Positions 1-11,789 of a stretch of 56,783 bases of DNA are shown piece after piece. Origin of the DNA: Folioceros fuciformis (lineage: Eukaryota); NCBI GenBank assembly GCA_049999805.1, contig JBNGIO010005918.1:140357-197139 (forward strand). Direction: 5' to 3'. The notes under the pieces are model-generated. The model worked only from the letters and a program-made list of their open reading frames with translations, was not told the origin of the DNA and made no database searches. The stretch's first letter is position 1, and every line of letters starts with the position of its first letter. The position numbers and the translations under genes are program-made.

Positions 1-847
1 AATTGAAGGTATGTAGACTCATAAAAGGCCTAGGGATTCTCTATATATTTATTAATTCTTAGTATAATATATTTTTCTATATTTAAAATTCATGGTATAT
101 ATGCTATTATTGATTCTACTCCATTTGCTGGTCATCAAAATTTGCAATTCCACAATGTTAATGGAGAAAGCATGAGCACCATTAGTCAATTGCTGTGAAT
201 GATTTGCCCTATCCCTTGAAGCAAAAAAGCCCAAGTCTCTTCATTGTCTATCTCATTCTCTAATGTCAACATGGCAATCATTTGTCATCCATTTCAACTA
301 TGCCCTTCTTACCAACTTCTGTTGTTAACTTTTTCATATCCGTTGTTTTTCCCTCATTGAGCACTTGAATTCCCTCTTGACCACTCTAAGTGTAAGCTGA
401 GGATTTATATAGGTGCCTCTTCTAAAGCATTGCTACTTGTGCAAAGCCTTAGTTAGAATTGTAAGCCAAATATTGGTGTAGGTGCTTTCTGTCAATGAAT
501 TGCTATTTGTGCTTGTGCCTTAATAAAGTTGAACAAAAGCTTAGCTAATCACTTCCAAAAAATGAGCCCTACCCAGAGCAGTCCATTCTGGCCTTAGGAT
601 GTCATGTCACTCTCCATCTCCCCATATGTTATGTACTCAACTATTAATATGAGGAATGCAAGGCTGTGGCTTTTAAATGATCCATATTCCATCGCATGGA
701 TCAAAATTGAGGAATGGTCACAAATACATATTATAACTTTGAGGGATCACTTAAAATGGAAACAATGAGCTTCATGCACTCAAGAAATGTGGCCTCACCA
801 ACTCCATACCCGGAAAGCCACAATCAATGTTGGTTGATTTTTGCCCA

Positions 848-1102
848 ACCTATGCAACACTAAAGCAACAACCTTTTCACATGGGAACTATAGTTCTTAG
901 TTATGTGTGAACTATGAAGAGTTGCAACTAAGCCTAGGCAACACCAAAGCAATAGCTTGTTTACATGTTGTTGGGGTTCTTGATGATGTGTGTACTATGA
1001 AGGCTTGCAACTAAACCTATGCAACGCAAAAGCAACAGCCTTTCCTTTTCACATGGTATTGGGGTTCTTCGTGATGTGTTTACTAAGAAGGGTTGCAACT
1101 AA
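848..1102. repeat. Degenerate tandem repeat, about 3 copies of an about 83 bp unit
   Basis: Recurring CCTATGCAACAC..AAAGCAACA..CACATG..TTCTT..TGATGTGTG.ACTATGAAG..TTGCAACTAA blocks. Confidence 0.75.
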
Positions 1103-2458
1103 TGAACAAGGACCATAAAAGTTAGGTTGAACATTCGATATCTTCTCTACCAAGTTTAATCTCTCCTCTTTGGGCCCTTCAGGCTCCAAGCTTTCATAAG
1201 AACTCTTCTCATAGTCATGTTGTGAATGACACTATCAATAGAGTTGATATCCTCTATATTTCTTGGAGATATATAGGATAAGAACATTGAGAATATAATA
1301 TAGTCTAAAACATAAAATAAATGATAGGATCTAAATATTAAAATAATTAAATATTATTATATTTCAAAAAACAAACACAACCAAGAATCCTCGAACACGG
1401 AGAAACTCATTTGCCTATGTAGGCATGAGAAGGAAAATGACCCGTAACTGAACCCTAAAGTTAACAGACAAAAATACTCCTCACACATAACAAGTCAAGC
1501 GCATTTAATGGTCCAGCGCACGACGGCTCCGTCCGCTTCCCGCTTTATTCGGGTCTTCACTTTTATGGACGCAGGCAAAACTCGATGCGAGTAGGCTGTG
1601 TCGGCTCGTTGTCAGCTTATCTTCAACTGGTTATGACGGTCCATCAATGGGAACCTGATACATGTGTACATCGGGAAAAATTCAGGCTGATCGCTCTGGC
1701 GTCGAAGACAGAAATACCGCCACCGCTCCTGTCAGCTGCCAGTGGTAGTCGACATCCGGAAGGTGTACAGGCTCTACTACCTTCAGCATGGGACGTGCAC
1801 CATCGCCGGCGTTTGAGGTTCCTCAAATTTCGAGTTATGCGTGTTGTCCCAGACTCAGCCTCGCTCCTTTACTCGTTCTCCGCAGGTTGAGCATTCCAAG
1901 GAGAGCAGCCCTGGCGACTATGGCGACTTTCGTAGCTGGGCAATGGCGCCCCCTATCAAGCGCCTTTGTGAGAAGCGACAAAGTATATCAACGATTTCTA
2001 ACGTGAGTGAGTGATCACGACAAGGGTTCTTGAAGAATTCCTCCGAACCGGCCTCTGCAGGATCAGAATGTGTCACCGCAGGGTTCCACTTTGACCAGCA
2101 GCAATCGCTCAGTGCAAGGTGTGGAGTGCATCAGGGACCTCAACGTTCCCTACTCCTGATGTTGGTGCATGCCTCCTTTGGTGCTGGTATCTTTATTCAG
2201 GTTCTCAACTACTGGGTTCCCTCCCGCAGTGTTTGCCACTCTTGGTTTCAGTGAAGTTGTTGCCGATTGCTTCCTGAGTTCTGTGTTGTGAGGTTGAAAT
2301 TAGAGAAGGAACAAGTTTGCAAACTTGTTGCTGTGGACTACAGTGCTATGAGGCATCTATGCAGTCAGACGATGGATGGAGCATAGTTGAATATGTCAGC
2401 AACCTGAACATATGCACTGAAGCTTCAATTGCCGCAAGCAAATTCTCTAACCCAGGAA

Positions 2459-4376
2459 TCAATTTCCTTCATAGACGCCTATTCCCCACTGCAGTAAACA
2501 GTGTCGAACCTCTGGGACACTGGTATCCACGTTGCCCACACCCATGCCCACGGGATCAGTTTCCATGGGACAGGCCATCTGCTCCGGATGGTCGATGAAG
2601 CAAGGACCAGGTAGGTTTGTGTGATGGCATGATGGCCCGGGAGGCAGCTTGTTCCTGTCAAGGCCGTAATCCCGAAAAACCACTGGAGTGATGCCTGCCA
2701 AGCCATGTGCTACATAGCCAAATGTGGACCGCGGGGTGGATATGATGTCATCCATGAAGCTTAGAAGCCACATATCTGCAATCACCTTGTGCTCATGTTC
2801 CAAGACTCCTGTTTGCTGCTCTCCTTCTGCACTGGGACTGACAACCATGATTTGGTACTGATGGCCTATCTCTCTCGTAGCATACTGCACGTAGAACTCA
2901 GTCAGATTCTCATGATATTCCCGGCGTAGAGATGTCACCAGAACAACTACTTTGTGGGCCACCGAATCCGGAATTCGAGCTGCATCTTTGTGGTTGTGGG
3001 CATGAGGGGTTTCCGGATATGCTTCTGCTTCCAGGTCATCTAATTTGCTTTCTGCTTCGGCAGCATAGTTCAGATCTTTTGCCCAAGCTGCATCATCTCC
3101 AATCTGGGCAGGGTTGTCGGTGAGGTTCGGCAGCAACCCTGTATCGGTGGCACACTTGAGGACATGCATGCTGATGATGGGGTAGTACTCCTTTGACCAA
3201 GTTCTCACCTGTATTCCAAGCCTCCTGTCAGCTGCTGCAATGTAGGCGCTGTAGAATCTTGTTATGCGGCCCCATATGAGATCCTGCGGACTGAGGAGGT
3301 AACGAGCTGCATGCAGGAAAACAGCTCTATCTGGGAAGAGTCTGTTCAGCTCCTGTCTGAAAGCAGGGAGGAAGTAGAGGCCAGGAATACTGTATTGGTT
3401 GGACCAAAAGAAAAGCCAGGGGATGGTGGCTAATAGTTTTTGCTCCGTGGTGCAGAAGAAGCGAAGGTCTTGCCGTTGGCTCCAGTTGGTGAGGTAGGCG
3501 ACAAGGTGTGCTGGACGAGGAATCCTATCAGTTTCATGTCCTTGCTGGTGCGGTTGTGGCGAATTGCTCCCAGGTGACTTTGTTATGTTTGAAGCCCTTT
3601 CATAAAAAACTCCGTGGTGCTCCGAGCGCTCCCGGACGTGATTTTCAGGGAACTCGGGGGGCACAAGCCAGGAGCTTCCTGGAAAGGGTTCGCAGAAGAG
3701 ATGCTGTAGATTGGCTTCTGGTGTGATGAGCAGCACACGCTTTGTGATCACTGCATATATAAATGCAGACACCAGAGACATGAGCTGGTTCCCCTTGCCG
3801 TCCAACATCTTCCAAACCAGGAAACTGCACGGAGATGACTCCGATGACGGGACCGTGCCTCTGAGAAGGTGTTCTGTCAGGTTGTGGCCTCGTACGCAGT
3901 TACGGTGAAGATTCTCGTAGCTTCGAAGCGCAGCAAGGAAAGCCGGCGAGGGGCTAGGTTTTTCCTTCCAGAAACAATGCTGCTGGAACTTGCTTCGGCA
4001 GCCTGACGATTTTTTCTGATTAAACCGTCTCACCATGGTCAGGTTGTGGTATTGGGCGTCAGGGACAATGAACCGGTCAGAGAACCCAACTTCTCGGCAG
4101 TCTGCAAAAAGAAGATGCATAGTTATCGTCAGACGTGCTGCAGGCGCCTAAGAGTAAGAAGCGATGCACGTCAGCTGGATGCTTACTGAACAAGTTTGGA
4201 TCGACAATCGTGTTTTCCGGCTTTGAAGAGAGGAAGTTTCCTGTTGCGCCCCTGTAGCCGTTGTTCTTCTTGTCCTTCGTTCCAGTGACGGCTAGAAGAA
4301 GGCCCACCATCGCCACTCCAGAAAAGAGAGCACATACGTAAAGGCGTGTTTGGCTGCTCAGCTTTCGGGCTCTCAT
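2459..4376 (-). CDS. FUT: Xyloglucan/AGP-type alpha-1,2-fucosyltransferase (CAZy GT37), 2 exons: 4376-4187 and 4101-2459, about 610 aa
   Basis: Motifs GKGNQLMSLVSAFIYAVITKRVLL, CEPFPGSSWL, RLGIQVR, VLVTSL, ADMWLLSFMD, STFGYVAHGLAG. Exon 1 encodes a type II membrane anchor (LYVCALFSGVAMVGLLLAV). An 85 nt GTAAGC..TTTGCAG intron (4186-4102) joins the exons in phase 1. Confidence 0.92.
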
Positions 4377-4911
4377 CGTTGGCAAAATTTACGAGGCCTG
4401 CTGAAGGTGGAGGCGCACATTTCTTGGGAAGTTGAGCTGGGCATTGGAGACGCGCACAGCGGGCTAATGGTTCCTCTCCGTTACTTCCTGAAGGAGGCTT
4501 CAATAGCCCCAAAAAGCCGTGCCAAGAACGGAGACAGCCAAAGAAGCGAGACAATTCTCCGTGGGAAGGGAAGGGGCAGTTGAGTGTGACTTGGCCGTTA
4601 GTGAAGTCCTCAAGAGAGGACGTACCTTTCGCAACAACACTATTACAGCACCTACATACATACAGGAGTAAGGACGCCAATCCACGGCACACAGCCTCAA
4701 GAAGAAGACAATCTCTCAGTTGGGAGTCCAAAAGAGTGCGTAACAGACCGGAACAGGGTGTGGTGGACACGTGCGCTGCTTTTACTTCTTTGTAATGCAT
4801 TGCTGAGCACCTCGTGAGGGCACGAAGGAGGTCGGGTCGGCAGTTCACCGTGCAAATCAAGCTGGGAAGCAAGAAGAGGCCTTGCGGCCCGTCCCGCTCT
4901 TACCCTCTCGC

Positions 4912-6279
4912 TTACCTTGTCCCACCTCCGTCCCACTGCGAATCAGGTACATGGACGAAGAAACTGACGCCCACTATCAGGTAAGAGAGGACCAGCATTG
5001 CCCCTTTGAAGTAATTAGACGTCCCTTCCTGCAGCATGAATGCAACCACCAACACAGTGATGAAGAGGGTGGTAGTCTCAAACACCTGAAAGTCCAGATC
5101 CATTTCTCGACCCATGAGCCAGCCAACCACCACGCAGAAGGGGATCACGAACATGGCAATCTGAGTGGACGATCCAACAGCCACACCGATAGAGATGTCC
5201 AGTTTGTCTTTGAGGGCGAACATGATGGCACTGGCATGCTCAGCGGCATTACCGACAATGGGCAGGATGATGACACTGATAAAGGCCATGGGTATATTGA
5301 GACTCTCGGATGCTCCACCTATCGCATCCACGAGATACTCGGACAGAATGGAGATGAGCACCGTGAGTATACCGAGCCACACTATGGCTCCCCAGCAGCC
5401 TAAGGTCGAATCCTCCTCTAAGATTCCGTCCTTGTCGTCATCAGCGTCGGAAGCGTCTGCGTACAGATCACGGTGGCTCTTGAGCTGGAAGAAGAGATAG
5501 AGGCCGTAGGCGACGAGCATGACGACGCTGCTGAACCTGGAAAGCATTAGCTCGGATTTGCCTTGGTGAACCTCGGTGTGCGTGGAATGGAGGACCGCTG
5601 GGAAAAGCAGGCCCATGACAGCCATGAGGAGCAAACCGGAGGAGACCATAGCCGCAGCTTTATTGAACTTTTGCTCTCTTCTGTTATGCACCACACCACC
5701 GAAAAAAAAGGCGCAACCCAAAACAAGCAGCATGTTGGAGAGGATGGATCCCAGGAGAGATAACTGCACCACGCGGATCAGCCCGTTCCGCAAGGCGAAG
5801 ATGGAGATGATCATCTCGGTGGCGTTCCCAAACGTGGCATTCAGTAGGGCCCCAACAGTAGGACTGGTATACAAAGACAGCTGCTCCGTGACATATCCCA
5901 AGCGCTCAGCCAAGGGTGCGATACCTAACAAGCTGAGAGCAAACACCCAGCCCTGCCCCAGCTTCATGTGAGCCAGAATCGAGATGGGAACCAAGGGAAG
6001 GAGCCACTTGAGCTTGGTACCACACACAACCTCCCTGGAGCTCCTTCGCGCATACCTGAGCCAGCGCCGGGTCCTGTCCCATCGGCCGCCGGCCTTGAAT
6101 GTTCGTCGGCCTTCGTCCGACTCCGAGATCTCCATAGGCTTGAGAGACTCCGATCTACTAGGGCTTAGCATCAGCGCTGATGTTTCCTCGTCACAGGCCC
6201 CTGTTCCTCGCACAGTCCCGCCCATGGGCGCAGGACTATCACTATGGCCGAGACCCGGCGTGGGCGTGGGCATCATCAT
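4912..6279 (-). CDS. CAX: Vacuolar cation/H+ exchanger, CAX2/CAX5-like (type IB), 455 aa, intronless CDS
   Basis: Alpha-repeat motifs GNATE and GNAAEH, acidic central loop (DADDDKDGILEED), multiple hydrophobic TM segments, CAF motif (LGCAFF) typical of CAX2-like proteins. Confidence 0.95.
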   Translation of the reverse strand: MMMPTPTPGLGHSDSPAPMGGTVRGTGACDEETSALMLSPSRSESLKPMEISESDEGRRTFKAGGRWDRTRRWLRYARRSSREVVCGTKLKWLLPLVPISILAHMKLGQGWVFALSLLGIAPLAERLGYVTEQLSLYTSPTVGALLNATFGNATEMIISIFALRNGLIRVVQLSLLGSILSNMLLVLGCAFFFGGVVHNRREQKFNKAAAMVSSGLLLMAVMGLLFPAVLHSTHTEVHQGKSELMLSRFSSVVMLVAYGLYLFFQLKSHRDLYADASDADDDKDGILEEDSTLGCWGAIVWLGILTVLISILSEYLVDAIGGASESLNIPMAFISVIILPIVGNAAEHASAIMFALKDKLDISIGVAVGSSTQIAMFVIPFCVVVGWLMGREMDLDFQVFETTTLFITVLVVAFMLQEGTSNYFKGAMLVLSYLIVGVSFFVHVPDSQWDGGGTR

Positions 6280-7903
6280 CCTGGCAACGCCGCATCAGCT
6301 GAATTGCAGCAGGGTACCTAACAGAACGGATGGCGCCCCAGGCACGACGTGGATGCACCCCGCATCCTGCCCTTCATCATGCCTCGCTCCAGGACGCTTG
6401 AAACAGCTGAATAAGCCTCCAGCCTGCGGCAGGGTGCGCATGCGCATACGTCCAAAGACGCGTGTGATCAAGGACGCAGGGGTCCGGCCAGGGACGCAGC
6501 TCAACTGCCTGCCTCTTCTGCTGCTCATCGCGATTTGCGTCACACAGGAGTGATAGAAGGGGCAGGAGCAGGAGAAAGGCAGGCTTGAAATTTCGACGCG
6601 CTTTCCTCGACTGGTATATTCTGTACCTAACCCAATGGCTATGGCCACCCCGCTTTAACCCCGAACGTCGGACGGTATTTTCACTCATTTTCGACAAATT
6701 ATAGGTATTTTTACAACTTATTCTACATAACTCTCTTAACCGTATTTGAACCATTATAATTACCACATCCTCTACATCGATGCACTACGTAAGAAAAGAA
6801 ATACCCACTATTCATACATTCACAAATTTCCACAGCCATTTTCAGTTCCTCACAATGCTATGTGATTTCCCCTATAGCTTCTAGAGCAGACTAGAAGGTT
6901 ATTTTAAAACTTAAAAAAAATATTACTGATAAATTTATTATAATTATTTAATAATATTTTTTATTATAAATACTTTTACATAAGAAAAATGAAGAGAAAC
7001 TTAAAACATTACAAGTGACTTGAGATGAAGAAATATAACTCCCCCATAGTCCACAACTTGGGCGTATTGATAACCATTTGGGTTAACCCACAAATGGGTT
7101 GATAATCATTTGCTACTAGAAGCAACATAATATTTGAAATATGTAAGTATACAACAAGTGGGTTTTGAGGTAGATATACATTGAACAAGGTGTATCGCAC
7201 TAATGAAATGCAATAGAATAGAAATGTCTACTAAAAACCGCTTGGAAAAAGGGTCTTTTTATCTTGCTCTGTCTATTACATAAAAATTTTGGCTTCGGCT
7301 CTCCAAGAAGGGTTTAATGGTTTGTGAGAGGCTGAAATTCCCACTGTTTATGCCCATGCATGTAGTCCTTCGAGCATATATGTGCCTGGTCATTTTGTTT
7401 AGCTTTCTGTTCCATAAGGATTAATTTAGCTATTCTACCTCCAATTCTAGTGTTTCACACAACAACCGGTGCTTCACAGGCCTATGCACCTTCCATTACT
7501 AAAGACATCCAAGCTATAAAGGGAGTTGCTACACAACCTATGAAAGACGTAAATGCACAACCTTCAAAAACGTCGATGCACAACCTACAACAGTATTTGA
7601 AATATATCAGCTTTCTTCCTAAAACCGCCTTTCATCTTTTCTAGCAATGGCGGTCATCTCTTTACAACCCAAAAACGTGCCATATCGCACATACAATGTT
7701 AGCAACGATCGACCGCTCGCCTTCCGCGGATTTGAAACAATTGTTTTCATAGATATCTTATCATGGCAAAAATATGATGTCCATTAGGGTTTTACAAAAT
7801 ACACACTTAATGACAAGTAGAGCGGTTTCATGGTGTGCTCAAGTGCGTGCCTCCATTGTATATGAGTTTGCATTCTACCTATTGGCAATTCCTAACCTTC
7901 AAA

Positions 7904-9939
7904 CTACGAAGATTTTGGCCGTTTTTTCATGGGGACAATCATATCATCCCTTCTCTCCTCATTTTCTCTTGCAATATTTGGCTCAAAGTCATCTTGATCA
8001 TATGCCCGTCTTCCCGGCGAAGCCAAGTTTGAGAATATCTCAAAATGATCTGGCTTCCATGGCTCATCACCAGGCTGTTCCTCCAGTCCCTTTCCGCTCT
8101 CATGACCTTTAGTGTTCACTCTCTCCTTTCCTTTCTCCTTGGTCTTCTTCTTTGCATGGCCTTAAGATTAACCGAGTTTGAGCATATCCAGAGGTGCAAT
8201 GTTCCCATGCACCATTTGTAGTGTTTGAGCTCTTTGTCTGACCGACCTTCCGCTTGCAACCTCGAGGGCAAAGAATAAAGAGTGACCCCAAGTATGCAGC
8301 TTGGTCCTCAACTCCTCCTCGTTCGATGGAAACACTTTGTGCCTAGTTAGTCTTTGCTTCATGAAGATCGTATGCCACTGCTCTAGGTCGATGGCAATAC
8401 AATCGCAGCCTTCCAAAAGTGCAGCAAGCACTTCGCTTCCGCTTTCGAAACACCCATTTATCACCCATTCTCCTCTGTCGCTAAAGAGCCCGAATATGAG
8501 CACCATTAAACCAAGCGGCTTTTGATATGGATTAACAACTTGTTTATCATGGGACACGTTCAATAGTTCCTTGATGATGGTGCTATACTTGATGATCCCA
8601 AGCATCACTTCAATGTCTTTGGCCGCACTATTGCTCAGAGCACTGCTTTTCCGAATATCTTCATTCATTAGATGGACACCATAATCAACAGTCATAAATT
8701 CGCAATTTTTGTATAGCCCCTCGTCTATGATGACATTGTCTTTCTCCCACACCATTGTATAGATGCCCTCCTTCGTACATCACTTTCAGAGCCTATCTCT
8801 CATGAAATGCATCTAGTTCGGCCCATGGATGCATACTACCCGAAAGGTTTGACTTTCAATAACTTCAAAAAATCCTTCCATTATTTTTTCCAAGTCTACC
8901 GCAGAAAGCTCCTTTTCCAATGCTTCATTGTAGTTTCCCCGTGGCAAATCCAAGATGAGCAATTTGTATTCACGCTTGCCCAAGTAGCTTTCCATTTCTC
9001 AGAAATCACTAGTAATCACCTAGTACTTCACTTTCTGCTTGCTGCTCGAGACTTCAAATGTTGATAATTTGGCATAGTTGTCCTCCTCCGCTAGATTGTG
9101 TTGAAGATCTTCGACTCATTTCCAGTTCCTCATTGAGTGTATATGCTCTTTGAAGCTATAGAGGATTATCTTCTCTTTGTACTTCTTGGCTTGTTTCATG
9201 GTCTACATACCAAGAAATGAACATTTTAGATCTCAGCATGCAAATAGCGCGCTCATTTGTGTGTGCCACTAATGGACATCAGCAAGTTGCAGAAAACCCT
9301 ACTTACAATGTAATAAAAAAACGGGCTGGAATTTAGCAATGTCCTTGGGTGTCGAATGCTTGGGGTACTCTTCCTCCACTTCTACAAAAGATGGACAATG
9401 CAACCTTAAACAAAACGTGGTCTGAATGATATTTAACTTCTTCGCTTTTATTATCTAGGTCTTCATCCCACTATGAGTAAGATCTCTCTGGACAACTTTT
9501 TCCAGAGCAAACATCTTGATACGATCCCCTACTTCTCCAAGTGGCATACCCTAGAAAACTCTCCATGCAGTAGTATGCATAGGTTTTATGATGAAGTTAG
9601 GGTTACAGATTGATGGCTCCGCATATACAATTGTTCTCTAGGATTTGCCTTGTTTGCTAAGCAGCCTTCTTCCTGTTTCCTTGATCTAGAAGTTTCCCTC
9701 TTTCCCACAAGTAGAAAACCCCATCCACCCTTTCCCAAACGTGGGGTTACACACTTCTAATACAGAGTATAGCTATCTTTTGGTCTATTAGCCATTGCTT
9801 CTCATCTCTATCACTTGCGTCTCCGATTACCCCCAGCATTCTATACAAGTCATACTTCCATGTCATTGTTATTGGCACTCCTTACTCGCCTACAATTTTT
9901 CAGCCTACGATAACTTACCAAGGTAGCATAAAGAGCTAC
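7904..9939 (-). pseudogene. 5'-truncated pseudogene of an N4/N6 DNA-methyltransferase-like gene (copy 1)
   Basis: LLILDLPRG (motif IV-like, 8950-8939), MVWEKDN..CEF, NPYQKPLGLM, GEWVINGCFESGS, CIAIDLE in beta-class order; several stops and frameshifts; aligns along its length with 26088-28700; 3' end approximate. Confidence 0.7.
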
Positions 9940-10085
9940 AGCACCGTCATACAATCATTGATGTGTGTAATGTGGTATGGTGTAGATCATTATTAACTAC
10001 TGAACCATGCTAGCACCATCATGCAATCACTAATGTGTGTGTAATGTAGTGTGGCATGAATAATTATTAACTAATGAACCATGCA
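9939..10085. repeat. Tandem duplication, 2 x about 73 bp
   Basis: AGCACC.TCAT.CAATCA.T.ATGTGTGTAATGT.GT.TGG...ATTATTAACTA.TGAACCATGC twice. Confidence 0.8.
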
Positions 10086-10278
10086 TGAGTATAATGTTTA
10101 ACAGCACAACACAACACAATGAGATACGAATTGTTATTAATCACAACTATTCTAAGCCTTCACAACCCTACCCAAATATAATAATAGTCTAACTTGAAAA
10201 AGTTTGTTGCCTACTTTTTTTTTCAAGTTTAGACACATATTAGTAATGTATACCAATAATTAGATTGGCAAGGAGCCT

Positions 10279-10563
10279 AACTCACCATGTTAATAGGGAT
10301 AAAGACGCAACAATAAATTGGACTCAACATGTTACTAGGGTTGAAGACACAATAAATTGGACTAACCATATTATTAGGACTAAAGATACAATAACCACTA
10401 GACTCACCATGTGACTAGGGCTGAAGATGCAATAATCATTGGATTCACCATGTTACTAGGGCTGAAGATGTAACAACCATTGGATTCACCATGTTACTAG
10501 GCTGAAGATGCAATAACCATTGGATTCACCATGTTACTAGGCTGAAGATGCAATAACAACTTG
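10279..10563. repeat. Minisatellite, about 7 copies of an about 40 bp unit
   Basis: Unit TTGGATTCACCATGTTACTAG(G)GCTGAAGATGCAATAACCA, head-to-tail with no spacers. Confidence 0.9.
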
Positions 10564-11789
10564 GAAGAAGCTCGAGCAACTATGTGGAGTAATGGAAACA
10601 TATACCTCAAGTAGGTATTATTGGATAACAAAGGGTTATTTAATGTTTATAACCTACATTAGGGTTAAGTATTTAGGGTTACGAAAATACATTGTATATA
10701 AGACACTTTAATTGCGAACATAATGTAGTAGTTGTTGTATTCTTGCTTTTATGCATTGTTAGAGTCTTGCACACATGCTTGCAAATTAGGAGGCATATGA
10801 ACTTCATGTATCTTCCCATGCCATAACATTGACAATTGTGTTTTATTAAGTGACTACTTAAAGAACACAATTATGAATGTCGTGACATTGTAGGCATTTG
10901 TAGATTAGCTTATATTAACTTATAAATTTCTCAAACTAAGTATTAGTAATCTATACCTAGATATACTACCTCTCTTAACTAAAGTCCCAATCTATACGAA
11001 AGTTATATTTATTCCAAGGCAACACGAGTAACACTTAAGCTATAATTAGTCCATAAAGACTTGTGTGGCACTATGTCATATCCTTCATTTAGTCACGCAC
11101 TTTATTTCATGCCAATTGTGATGTAAAAAATATGAATTATTTTGCACAAGTCAAAATGAGCAGACAAATTTGAGTAGTTTGTAGACATGGTTGAATGACA
11201 ACTCGTCACTTGAGTGTAGGGTGTGTGTATAGATGGAGGAGGAAAATTTGTGGCAAGGCCTTTCACTTAGCCTTGTATTTCCAAAAGCATTCTCAAGTAA
11301 AGAAATGCACGATATTTTCAGGCTTAAATGATGTTGTTAATTGATGTCTATGTAGTTCGAAGCTACCAACTCCATGCTACACAATTTTCACCTCTTTAAG
11401 AGGTATTAGATTGAGGTTGTCTCCTAAATCACTTCACTGAAGAATAATATGTCCACTTCATTTGTTGAAGTCAAGAGACCATTTGATGCATGGTTTGGTT
11501 GCGTTTGGCATAGAGCTTGCATTAGCATTATTTCAAGTTGTTTCGAATGTGATTGAGAGTGTAGAAGATCTTATATTTAGATCATGTTTGGATATACAAT
11601 CCTTAAGAAATAACTTAGGGCACTCTAGAGATGGACACACAATAGATTTTGTTTTCGAACTACTTAATATATCTCATACTTGTATGTTCCCTTAATTCTT
11701 TTTTCTCTTGTAAATAATATTTATTATTTATTTTAGAAAAAAAAGAGAAAATAGATCTAACTTTAGAGAAGGAGATGCAAAGGGAGATA

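Noticed and set aside
4882-6553. Plus-strand ORFs overlapping CAX
   Set aside because: Antisense shadows of a GC-rich coding sequence with no recognisable domains
10279-10563. Possible CRISPR array
   Set aside because: Units are head-to-tail with no unique spacers and the context is eukaryotic; it is a minisatellite
11100-11700. Possible decayed transposase fragment
   Set aside because: No motif could be assigned with confidence
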